DNA of 64,000 bases from Lama guanicoe (Eukaryota): assembly GCA_013239625.1 (NCBI GenBank), contig MU053594.1, positions 1,988,127 through 2,052,126 of the forward strand. Direction: 5' to 3'. Below are positions 25,650-37,475 of the stretch, piece by piece (positions within the stretch are counted from its first letter, which is position 1; each line of letters opens with the position of its first letter). The translations under genes and the position numbers were made by a program. Below the pieces are notes generated by a model that made no database searches, had not been told where the DNA came from, and was given only the letters and a program-made list of their open reading frames with translations.

Positions 25650-26557
25650 TGTGGGGGTGGGGGTTCCCCACAGTAAAAACAATTCTCAGATGCCATCTGG
25701 GTGTCCTACAGTTCAACACAGTCCTGACATTGCTCATAGGTAACGTTAGATTCCGCAGGTTGAGGTCTCCATCCTACCAGACTGCCCCCTTCTCCTGCCC
25801 ATTTCAGATACCAGTTTCAAGCCCAGGTGGTTCCCCGTTTCTGACTGGCTGGGGAGAAATCAGAGTTTCCCACAGCCCTCTCCTTGGGTTTGGTTAATTT
25901 GCCAGAGCAGCTCGCAGAACTCAGAGCGAACATTTTCCGTACTAGATTACCAGTTTATCATAAAAAGAATATAATCGAGGAACAGCAGGCAGAAGAGACG
26001 CACAGGACAAGGTATGAGGAGAGAGTGGGGGTCTCCGTGCCCCCTCCAGGAGCAGCACTCGTCCCGAATCTCCACACATCCCCCAGCCAGGACGTCTCTG
26101 GACCTGACTGTCTGGGGATTTATGGATTCTTCATTACACACACACGCGCGCGCGCGCGCCCCAATCACGGCCACTGCTGACTGAACTCAGTCTCCAGCCT
26201 CTCACCCCTCCACAGCAGTGGCGAGGGTGATGTGTGACTGAAAGTTCCAACCTTCTGATCACATGGTTAGTTCCTCTGGTGACCAGCACCCCCACCTCCC
26301 ATCTTCAGGGGATTTCCAAAAGTTACCTCATTAACATAGCTCAGTTGTGGTTGAAAGGGGTTTGTTAACAAGACACTCCTTTCACCTTTATGGCTTTGAA
26401 GGGATTTCAGGAACTGAGGACAAGAGACCAAGTGTTATAACAAAAGATGTTCCCGTTGCTCTTAGTGCTTAGGAAATGACAAGGGTTTTGGGAGCACTGA
26501 GCCAGAAGCCATAGAAGAAGACCAAAAAATATACTTATTATAAATCACAATAGAACA
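25650..26557 (-). mobile_element. MER21-like ERV LTR
   Basis: Minus strand starts tgttctattgtgatttataataag..ttggtcttc. Contains tgggtgtcctacagttcaa and gagcagctcgcagaactcag motifs typical of MER21. Confidence 0.75.
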
Positions 26558-26610
26558 GTGATGTTTTCTATCTTTGGGGTTTTATTTATAACCTCATAGA
26601 AATGTGTGCA

Positions 26611-27074
26611 TTTTTTTTCCATTGAACTGTAGTTGATTTACCATATTGTGTTAGTTTCAGTTATATACAGCAAAGTGATTTAATTATATATACATATATA
26701 TATATTCTTTTTCAGATTCTTTTCCATTATAGGTTATTACAAGATATTGAATATAGTTCCCTGTGCTATATAGTAAATCCTTGGGTTTATCTATTTTATA
26801 TACAATGGTGTGTATCTGTTAACCCCACACTCGTAATTTATCCCTCCTCCCCCTTCCCCTTTGGTAACCATAAGTTTGTTTTCTATGTCTGTGAGTCTAT
26901 TCCTGTTTTGTATGTAGACTCAACTTGTATTATTTTTTAGACTCCACATGTAAGTGATATCACACAATATTTGTCTTTCTCTGTCTGACTTACTTCACTT
27001 AGTATGATCATCTCTAGGTCTATCCATGTTGCTGCAAATGGCATTTCATTGTTTTTTATAGCTGAGTAATATTC

Positions 27075-27109
<35 letters not shown>

Positions 27110-27200
27110 CACACCATCTTCTTTACCTATTCATCTGTAAATGGACGCTTAGGTTGCTTCCATGTCTTGGCTAGTGTAAATAGTGCTGCAATGAAAATTG
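26611..27200 (-). mobile_element. LINE-1 3' fragment with (TG)14
   Basis: Same 3' UTR family as 18580 and 58940 (cagattcttttccattataggttattacaagatattgaatatagttccctgtgctata). (TG)14 at 27078-27105. Confidence 0.9.
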
Positions 27201-28176
27201 TTTTGTGTATATTGAATTTTTTTAAGTTTAAACTTTTTTAAATGAAAAGGCCTACAAACTTCCCCCATGACTATTAAATATTCTGATGGTTTCGAGATGA
27301 GAAGAAGGTAATTATGGTTTGAAATGAACTGTGTAACTGTGGAAGTATCGCACAGATTCGTAGCATGTTCTGTTGAGTCAGTTTAGTGAGAAACATAGTA
27401 CCAACATGTTTTAAATGAAGTCTGTTAATGATCTCTTATGAGTATCGGTGGTGCTTTGGTGTATCCATGTTGTGAGCAACTAGATGACTCAGTTTTGCTA
27501 ATAGCCGCTGTGTATTTTTGATAATCTCCACTTTTTATATCTCAATTTTACCGATTTTTTTAAAAATCAAAGTATAGTTGATTTACAGTGCTGTGAATTT
27601 TGCTGATCTTTTGCTGCAAGGGCAGTCCCTGGGTCTCTGTCAGTTCCATTGAATTCTTGAAGGAGACGGTATGCATGATGTTTCTGTACCACTTGTGAGA
27701 TGTGGGGTAACCTCCCTGGCTCTCGGTCAGCAGCAGAGACAGAGCTACTCACACATTAGCGTTCGTGTCTGGTCATGCCCTTCAATCTCTGTAACAAAAG
27801 ACAGTAGATTAGAAGGGAGCAATAGTGAGCAGCAGAAGAAAGGTTTCTGAGTAGGCGGTGGACCTGTGTTAGCTTCCAAAGTGTGTGTGAGTCTGGAGGG
27901 ACTCGGTATCCAAACGAGAGGCAGAACTCCCATGGTTTACGTATATATTTGGCTGGGTGAGTGCATGTCCCCCTGCCCCGCCCCCAGGAGGCTAAATAAT
28001 AGCCCAAACACCCAGCCCGCTCATCTGAGTGCAGAGAGCACAGGTAACACTGTCCGAGGACTTAGACGTCTGTGCTTCTAAAACCCGGTGGGAATTCTTA
28101 GGGTTACAGATGATGTTTCTTATCCTGAAAGGAGCTTTGAAATTACTGACGAAGAGTTGGCTTTTCTCCCTTGCAG

Positions 28177-28307
28177 GTCGACCTCAGTAAGTGCCATTAT
28201 TTAGTGGATTTGGACACCGTGAGAGAGACACCCCGGGAGCCGAAATACTCGTCCAATAGAGAAGAATGGGTCACCTTGGCCTACAGACCATTCCTTGATG
28301 CTTCTAG
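28177..28307 (+). CDS. ALG9: ALG9 penultimate coding exon (131 bp)
   Basis: Acceptor cttttctcccttgcag|, reads VDLSKCHYLVDLDTVRETPREPKYSSNREEWVTLAYRPFLDAS(R), donor AG|GTATGT. Phase 0 in, phase 2 out, consistent with both neighbouring exons. Confidence 0.97.
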
Positions 28308-28707
28308 GTATGTGGCTTTGATCCTAAGAGACGTACTAGGACTAGTAAGGGTGAAAGTTGGAATCTGGGATTGAATATCTTCCGGTCCTGGGCTAACTCT
28401 AGTAGCCATCTTATTTTATTTTTATTTGGGCCCAAACATCTTCTATTCTTGTCCAGTTTCCTGAGAAATCTAAGAGTGCTCTCCTTTTCTAGGCACCAGC
28501 ATGCAAAGTATATTCCGGTATCAACCAAATAAAAAAAAAATCTAAAGAGACGTGTTCACTGAAGAGAACACAAATAAATGTTTGACACTGATTATTTTTG
28601 GCAAAACCAAGTTCAGCTTCCTTAACTGAAGAGTTTTCTAACACTGTTAGGAAGATTGGCTGTATATTTAAGGAACTAGAAGTTCATATCCATTATTTTG
28701 GGGCTCA

Positions 28708-28847
28708 AGAAAGAAAGAAATCAGTTGGTCTAAGAATTGAAAAGGTGCAGTTACTGGCAGGGATGCAAAGTATAATGAAAAGAGCATGTGATCAGAGGAC
28801 ATGTGTGTTTAATCTTCGTTACTTGCTGGTTGTTCCTCTCTGATCCC
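28708..28847 (+). repeat. 140-bp direct repeat, copy 1
   Basis: Ungapped match to 31128-31267 with 8 mismatches by manual count. Confidence 0.95.
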
Positions 28848-29982
28848 CAGTCAGAGACTGGGCCAGGCCTTATTAGATCTTAAACAGAGAGACCAAATAG
28901 ATCAGGGCGTGGCTGGTGCTTCAGAGAGGCCTCAGAATTCATGGCAAGAGGGGAGTCAGGATGTCCAGGTAAAGGAGTAAGGAGCAGGGGAAGGCTGGAA
29001 GGGTCAGGTTTTCTGTGGGCAGAGGCCCAGGTAAACGGACAGTTTGAAGTTAAGGAGGTCCATGGTGGCCTGGGGGGCAGAGCCCAGGACCCAGGATGTC
29101 AGGCCGAAACCAGAAGGTAGAGGACCAGGTCTTGAGAGGCAGGTTTGGGACTCAGAAACAGGGAAGAAAATGTTCACAGGAAAAGGGAGTGATCAGAATC
29201 GACTGATAAATCAAGTAAGATGAAGAATAACAACTGTCCATTGGATTTGGCAGCTGGTAAAAGCAATTGCAGTGCAGTGGTGGGTCGTAGGGACTTGAGA
29301 GATTAGAAGAGTAAAAGCAAAAGCAGCAAGACAAGGCTTGGGGACGGCAAACCTAGGCAGGTCTTTTGAAGAGTTTTGCTGCAAAGGGAAGCAGAGAACG
29401 AGGGCTATAGCTGGTGGTGGGTGCAGGGGAGTAATAATTAGAGATTTTTTTGTCCTTTAAAAATGTTTCCTATTATGGTAGCATATATGTAATATAAAAT
29501 CTGCCATTTTAACCATTTTAGGTGTACAGTTCAGTGGCATTAATTATGTGCACAGTGTTGTGCACCCATTACCACTGTCTTTTTTTTTAATTGCGGTATA
29601 ATTGACATATAACATTGTGTAAGTTCAAGGTTACCAACCTGTTGGTTTGACACATTTATATATCACAATCTGATTACCGCAGTAGCGTTAGCTAACACCT
29701 TTATCTTGTCACATGTCATCATTTCCTTTTTGTGTTGAGAATACCATTATCTATTGCCAAAACTTTTTCATTGCCCTAAACTGTTCCTCTTTTGTTTCTT
29801 TAAGAAGAGGGAGATAAAAGTCATGTTTACGTATTGATGGAAACTGTCTTATAGAGTAGAAATCTGATTATGTAGGAGAAAGGAAAGAATTACTGGAGCA
29901 ATGCCCTTGACCTAGGTGACAGGAGACACACAATTAAGTAAAGATGTATTTCAGGTAGACATACAGATAGAGCATCTCTGTA

Positions 29983-30172
29983 CAGCACTGTCCAGTAGAA
30001 CTTTCTGCAGTGACGTAGGAATTCTATATCTGTACCGTCCAACAGATGAGCCACAAGCCACATGTAGCTATTAGGTAGTTAAAATGTGACTAGTATGACT
30101 GAGGTACTGAATTTTTAATCTTTTCAACCTTAATTAGTTTAAGTAGCCACACATAGCTACTGGGCAGAGCAG
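29983..30172. mobile_element. MER3-like hAT-Charlie MITE
   Basis: cagcactgtccagtagaactttctgcagtga..agccacatgtagctatt..aaatgtgactagtatgactgagg..aagtagccac. Confidence 0.8.
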
Positions 30173-31127
30173 AAGAGCAATCAGGCATGTAGGTGTGATG
30201 CTCTCTGGATGTTCTCTTCCGATGGCCTCAGTTTTTTTCAGTGAAGTAGGAAGTAAGATTGTCAGATGAGAAAGGGGTGCATGGGATGAGGAGTTGGAGG
30301 TTTGAGGAGAGAAAAGATCTGAAATAACTGAGGAAAGTAGGAAACAAAAGGAGTTCTAGAAGTATGGTATGATTAAGGACAGGATCAAGAACCCACTTGA
30401 GTTTTAAGTGGGGCCAGTGTGGTTGCTTTTTATTTCCCCAGCTGTGTATGTCTTTAGACCGTGTGCAGCCAGGACTGCTGCCTTGGGGGGTTTATGGTGT
30501 TCCTGGGGACATATGCCACAGTACTATTGGGGCATAAGAGGGGCAGGTCTTATCTCCAAAAGGCTCGAGTGCGAGGGACCAAGGAAGATTCCAAGAGGAG
30601 ATGACATCTGGAAATTACACAGTTGCAAGGGTGGGAGGTGGACTGAAAGGAGGGGAAGTTGCTGGCATACAAAAAAGTCAGGAGGCTGTTCTGCTTGACT
30701 AGAGGAGGATGGGTGTACTTCGGGGACACATTGTTGCAGAGAAAGATCAGGCCAAAGTTTAGATCCTAGAAAGCCACAATTTTCCCCAGTGGCCTGTATC
30801 AAACTTTCAGATTTTTCCTTTGTTGTATCAGAGGTGCAGTCCTAGTCATTGTTAAGATTTGCTTTCTCCATCTGGGCTGGTCCGTGACCAGAAGCTTTCC
30901 CACGTTCACCAGCACTTATTAGAGAGACTCCAAGTTATCTTGTTGTACATCCTCTCTCTCCTTTTGGTCCCTGGTGCTGCTCCATTTCCTGTTTGCCCAC
31001 TGAGCACACCTCCAGTGTAGGTGGAGGAGAGAAGAAGGCTTTTGGGGAATGCCTTCAGAGGTTTTAAATTTCCCATTAATTGTACTCATTTCCCCTAAAC
31101 TGGCATTCTTTTCATGACCATATGCTG

Positions 31128-31267
31128 AGAAAGAAAGAAATCAGTTGGTCTAAGAATTGAAAAGGTGCAGTTACTGGAAGGGATGCAAAGTACAATGAAA
31201 AGAGCATGGCGTCAGAGGACATGTGCGTTTAATCCTGGTTACTTGCTGGTTGTTCCTCTCTGATCCC
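31128..31267 (+). repeat. 140-bp direct repeat, copy 2 (runs into a MIR-like sequence)
   Basis: Ungapped match to 28708-28847. Continues as MIR-like ..gtaaaacagagataata..aggattaaatgag to about 31380. Confidence 0.95.
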
Positions 31268-34200
31268 TGAATTTCCACAGCAGTAAAACAGAGATAATAT
31301 TTTATACTCTTCATGGGGATGTGTAAGGATTAAATGAGAGCTGAAAGATGAGAGTGCCTTTAAATTCTAAAGCATTATATAAACGTCAAGCCTTCCAGTT
31401 AATTATCAGGCTGCCCAAAGTTCCAAAATTACGCTGATTTTCTTTACATTTCTCTTCCTCAGCATTTCCTAGCATATACTGACCTAACTGCAAGAACAAC
31501 GGGATCCTACAGCCTCGTTTGCCACAGCAATTTGTAACTGTCAGCACTGTGACAGCTCGTGTTGCTGACTCTGGGCTGGTTAAGTTGGACTGTCCTGTCA
31601 GAGGCTGTGTGCCTCGGAGAGCTCGCTCTGTGGTAGTGCATGGAGTGCTCTGGGGAGCTTGGTCCTGGAAAGCCTTTGAGCCTCTTGAATGGGGCTGTTA
31701 TGTTTCCTCTGTCTTCTTGAAACAATGGTTTTTGTACTTTCGCAATTTATATAACAAGGAGGGAGAATGGTACCATCCCTGTGTAATGGTCACTCATGTC
31801 TTAACTCTAGATCCGGTGGGGCTGCAGGCCCAACCATTACCTAGCTCTTCCTGAGGGAAGGAGGCTTTAATAAACTTGTGACATCCCACCCTGTGATCTT
31901 TTTAGAAATGTAAGCAGGTATCTCAAATGGGTAAGACCCTAAAATTTATACCTGCTTTCTTTAGACTTCACTTTGAGATCATTTTTTCTTTCTTCCTTTA
32001 TCCTTCTTCTGTCTATCCATCTGACATCTGTCCAATCAGCAGACATTGAACACTGCCAGGAACTGGGATGGATCTTAAGTACATAGCTGTGAGCAGTACA
32101 CACAAACTCCTTGTCTTCTTGGCCCCTACAGTACACTGAGGAGGTTGGCGTTACACAAACAACCATACAACCAATATGGGATCACAACCTGTGTTAAGTA
32201 CTTTAAGAGAAAAGTATGGGAGCTGTGAGAGGAGTCAGCAGCGGGACGTCCCTGGAGGCTTCGTTCACGTCCTGAAGTGGCTGGTTAGGCAGGTTTGGAA
32301 ATCAGAAAATATTTATTCAATAGCTGTTAGGACTTTGTCACAGAGCTGGATTATTTAAGGGGGATAAAAGAGGTAATCAGGCAGATTTTGCCCTTGAATA
32401 GTTTACAACTTTCGTAGTTACGCATACAAAAACAACTTGAAAATAGTGTTAAGGCCATAGAGGGTGCCATAGAACTCCAAAGGATGGAGAGATCGGTGGA
32501 GGTTAGGGGATACTGAGAGGGCTTCCTGAAGGAGGTGGTGCTTGAGCTGAGGCTTAAAGGAGAAAGAGGCTTTGTACTGGTGTAAAAAGGGTGGAATCAT
32601 GTAGGTAGTTCAGGGAGAGGGAGTCATGAGCACAAGTGGAAAGATAAAAAGAAGCCCCTTGGATAAGGGGCCTGAGGGTCAATAAAGAAAAGTGTAATTT
32701 ACCTCTTTGGTTTAAATTTGCCCTTAGGTAAAGTGATCTTATAATACATCATCCAAATCAGAACACTTCTGAAGGTAAAAGGGGCCCTGCCCTGGGCAAA
32801 CTGAGATAATGTGTTCCTCCTGTTGCAATGTGACCAGAGTATGAGAGCTTCTCCCAAAAGCAGGATGGGGCATGGAGCACATAGACAGAGCCCCTTCGCC
32901 CCTCCCATGTGGATTTGCCCATCGTTGACTTATCTGATTTAATTTGCTGGTGTTTCTTGGTGGTGTAGCCTGGACTGGGTCTCAGCTGTCTGAAAAGGAA
33001 GGGAGAATAGTGTGAAGACACTACTGGCACAGAAAAATAAGTCATGTTCTGAGTGTATGTCAGCGGAGACTCAGCCCCAGGGGGAAGCAACCTGAAGACT
33101 GTTAGGACAATATTGTGATTGGTGCGAAGGTAGGAATTCTGAAGTCTGTGAATATGTGAAGAGACTTGTTTTCTGTTGGAATTGCTGGAAAATAAGCAAG
33201 GCTGTCACTGGTGACTTTGGAGAAGGGCTCAGGGCTGAACCTGTCAGCCCATTTGGGAGGATGACAGCCCGGACACCCATCCATTCTCTTCCTGTCAGGT
33301 TTCTTCTCTGCTTTGTCAAAGGGCTGGAGACCCCCAGATAGCCATTTGCCAGCCTCTCCTTGCTCACAGCTGGTACCAGAGCTGCAACCTGGTCTCCCTG
33401 AGTTTGCCACATCTGTGTCTGGCTATTTTTGTAAAGGTTTTTCAAACTTCCGGGATACAGAGGCTAAACTAGTTGAAATAACACTTTTTAAACGAGACAC
33501 ATTTGCTACTCTATGGCCGTCTCATATCACGTACTTCCTAAAATAAGAGGATTTTTTTTTCTTTCTCTGAAGCGTGGCATAATGGCTACTTGTATGAGAT
33601 AGCTCGACAGTGGGTGGGTGTCATGCTTACTCTGAGATGCCCCGGAGAGGAGTGAAGGGAGAGCGTGGCAGTAACTTGCCAGCTCAGGGGCGGGTTCCTT
33701 TCTGAGCGTGGTGCGAACGTTTGGCGGGAGGTGCCTCTCTGGGATGCTGGAGTCGGCTCCCTGAGCAGCAGGACCAGTTCATAGCTTCAGAAACAAGTCG
33801 GGAGGCCCCACCGCTGCTTGCACAGCCACTTCCCGCCCACTCCTCCCTCCTTTGTTACAGGTCCCTTTGGGTTTGCTTGCTTCACTTTCGCCTTTGGTTT
33901 TTGGATCTTGAGAGCTTCTTCTGCACTATTTTGGAGCATATCAGCCTCACCTAACTGAATTTTCGGCTTGCCTAATTAGGGACTTAAAGTAATTTGGGGA
34001 GATTAAATAGGACAGGATTTCAAAGCCCTGCAAATTATAATTACAGGTAGATGCAGGTAAAGAGTTAGAAGTCAACTTCTTCAGCTGGTGTGGAAGCAGA
34101 GGGACCTTTTTTAGTCGGAGGACTTCTAGAGCAGCAGGGTCGGGACTGTGCTGAGAGCGTCTGCTGCTCGTGTTCTTTCAGTGCCCAGCACAGGATGCTT

Positions 34201-34462
34201 GTGGCCACTGAACATCAGCTGCCGTGGAGATTTCTTACTGAGACTATTACTCTCCTTTTCACATCCAGGAAGTGAGCCCAGCAGCTGTGAGGCCTAAAGA
34301 GTCCATGACACCTGTGTCCATTTTGGTCCTATGTGGCAGTCTGGTCGATGGCAGCCCTTGTGTTCCCAACCCCTCATCCTAGCATAAGAAGAACTATTTT
34401 TTTCTGGAAGATACGAAGACCTTTAGACAATCACTGTAAAGGACAAATTAATTGGAAGCTCT

Positions 34463-34975
34463 TGTTCCAGTTACTGCTGTGTAACAAGTCATCCCTAACT
34501 TAGTGGTACAAAAGGACAACAGTTCTTTATTATTGTTTTCTCTCATGGTTTTGTGGACTAACTGGGCTCAGCTAGGCAGTTCTTCAGCTAATCAGGGTTC
34601 TTATGCATTGGCCATCAGGTGGTGGCTGGGACAGGAGGTATCTCAAAGGCTTTCTCACATGTCTAGCAGTTGATGTTGGCTATTGGTTAGATCTCAGCTG
34701 GGGCTGTTGGGCAAAAACACCTACATGTTGCTTCTCCACGAGGCCTGTGCTTCCTCACAGCATGGTGGGTGGCTGGCTTCCAGAAACAGGATCTCAAAAA
34801 CTATATAGTTTTTTGTGACCTGGCCTTGGAATTCCCACAGTATCACTCCCACCTCATTCTGTTCATTGAAAGCAAGCCACTCAGATAGCCCATGTCCAAG
34901 GGGAGAGGAATTAGACGTCCCCTGTTGGTGGGAGCAGTGTCAAAGAATTTACGGACATGTTTTGAAAACATCACA
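34463..34975 (-). mobile_element. MLT1F-like MaLR solo LTR with perfect 5-bp TSD
   Basis: TGT...ACA termini, GCTCT at 34458-34462 and 34976-34980. Minus strand starts tgtgatgttttcaaaacatgtccgtaaattctttgacactgctccc. Confidence 0.85.
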
Positions 34976-35929
34976 GCTCTTCTGATGCTGTTCTTCATTC
35001 AAATGTTTCTTTTTAAAGGCGATTTCTTGCAGAAGAGACATACGTTGTCCAAAATAGTCCAGCAGGCTGTTTCCATCCGCAGCTTCTTGCTACCCAGGTG
35101 GAAGCAGAGGCTGCACCCAGGGCAGAGTTTGGTTTCAGCCTAACAGTTTGACATGCTTCAGGTGGCGTTCACCTCCTCTGGGTGGAATCAGTTCTCCCTG
35201 CTAATCAGCGATTGGGGCGCTCTTGTCTTTTCCCTGCGTGTCGGTCACAGTGGGGCCTCAAGTTCCCTCATCTTTGCCAAGAGCGCTGAGAAGCTGAAGG
35301 AAGAAGCGAGCAGCGTTTTTGTACTTTTGTGATTCTTTACTGCCTCATTATTCTCTTATACCTTCTGTTTCTTTATCGGCTTTGGGGGCTGCCCTTTCCC
35401 CTCCTCCCCAGACGCTTTCTTGCAACGCCCGCCCCACCCCCCCCCCCCCCCCTCTGGCCGCACCAGACTTTAAAACACATTGGTGTTCTGCTCATTGTAT
35501 TCGTCAACTACTTAATCATTATCTGCTGACATTTTAAGAAAAATAAAACTTGAATTTTTTTGGAGCTCGGAGTGTCTGCTTTCTATTGTTGTGAAAGCAG
35601 TTCTCAGACTCTCAGGTCTGAAGAGCACATATATTACCGTATTAAAACTGCCACTGCTGTCAGCTGCCTGAGACCAAGCGGCTGGCGCGATCAGAGGGTT
35701 TTGTTCTAAGTTTCTCAAGAGCTACAGCAACATCTCTTTTTGAATCTCGCAGCTCCTAGCACGTGTTAGGATCTCAGAAAATATTTATCAGTTATTTGGT
35801 GTATTTCATGTTCTTACAACTGGATTTATGCCAAAGGAAAAGGAAAAAGAAAAAAAAAAGGTGAAATAAGAATTTCTTCAGAAGCTTCTCATGCCCTTAT
35901 TTGGTAAGATAAAGATTGCTGAGTAGTTG

Positions 35930-36160
35930 ATTGGTTCTGTTTCCTGTCTCCTGGAATATTCCGTCTGAGAACCCAGGTACCGCACCTTAAGGAGGTCCAA
36001 AGGCCTCGTGGAGACAGGAGGCCCGCACAGGGTCAGGGCTGAAGGCCTGTAGAGCTGGCTGAACCTGTAGCTCCTGAACGTTCCAGCCAAAGCCAGGTGA
36101 TGCAGAAAACCCATCAGGCAACCACAGATTTGAGAGAAATAATAAACTGTTGTTTTAAGT
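35930..36160 (+). mobile_element. MLT1-type LTR fragment
   Basis: ..aaccacagatttgagagaaataataaactgttgttttaag is a typical MaLR 3' motif. Confidence 0.55.
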
Positions 36161-37381
36161 TAAAAAAGAAAAGACTGTTGAGTTAAAGTGTACTCATTGC
36201 TCACGTCCTCTCTGTGAGGCTTACCCGGGTCATCTACCTGTTGTGACCTCTAATACCACTTACTCACTTACTGTTTGTCGCAGAGAAGTAGCTCAAATGA
36301 GGTTCCAAAGAGTAGGGACAGACACCTTCTTGAACACTGTTCAGTGTCTTCCCCACAGGAGTCCTGGATGGAGCACACAGTCCCTCACATCTGAGTCGCT
36401 GTCAGTGTCAGATGGTAAAAGGCTGGTGACGAGCGTTTCTGCAGCCGCCTCAGTGGGACTGAAGGTCACAGAATGACTGCTTGCTTAATACCACATCTTT
36501 CTCAGTTCCCTCGTTCTGATTATTGGTGAAAGGTGACTGGTCAAGAGGTTATGATGTTGCGTCAGATGACTGACCAAGGCCACAAATCAGAGAAACGATT
36601 CACCCCGTACCCCTGTCCTGCGGTGACATGACTCCAGTTTGTGCCTCAGCTAACTTCCAAATAGTTCCACAGTATGCATCTTCGGAGGCTGCGACCAAAG
36701 AGTCAAAACTGTGTATGTATTCACTGAATGTTCAGGGTCTGTGGACATGCCCACTGGAACCACTGTCATTCTGGTCCCTTGGGTAATGATGATTCAGCAG
36801 ATTCTGTGTGAACTGAAGCCTGGAGAGGTTACTTGACCTTTCGCATTAATGTTCTCTTTGCTGGTACAAATGTCCTCTCCATTTCGCTTGGGCTCTAACA
36901 GCCTGTGGGCCACCAGCTTCCCTGGCCCCAGCTCAAAACCCTGGCTTTGCTCTGCCCCACCTGATGGCTTTAGGGCTGAGTTGTTTGGGAAGAGAAGAGA
37001 AAGAAAAGCTCCATATTATGTTTGAATATTTCCTTTTTTTGTAGAAGATGAATATTGCCAGAAGCGAGGGAGATAAATGAGATGCTGTGATGTAAGAGTC
37101 AGGTGGCAGTCATTCATTCATTCACAGGATATTTATTGAGCATTTTCTGTGGCACTGTTCTAAAAGCTGGAGAATAGCAGTTAGCCAAGGTTCTGTCATC
37201 AGGGGACTGACATTCTAGTGGAGCATAATATATAGCATGTAACTCCTATGTCCATTTCTCTGTTTTGGAAAGGAGACAAATGTCACCTCTGTCTTACTTC
37301 CTGACCATTAGGATAATGGCTCTCATCCCATGTCCTACTAATGAATATTAAAGACCAGTCACATTTTTGCTGCATATCAGC

Positions 37382-37475
37382 TTTTTTTTTTTTTTGAGTA
37401 AAAGTAGGTTTATTTAGAGAGATGTACACTCCATAGATGGAGTGCAGGCTATCTCGAAAGCAGGAGGGAGAGTGA
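37382..37475 (-). mobile_element. short polyadenylated retrocopy, probably the R region of an ERV1 (MER41-like) LTR
   Basis: Minus strand ~80 nt ending ..ctctctaAATAAAcctacttttactc(A)14, flanked by ctgcatat at 37370-37377 and 37476-37483. Confidence 0.65.
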
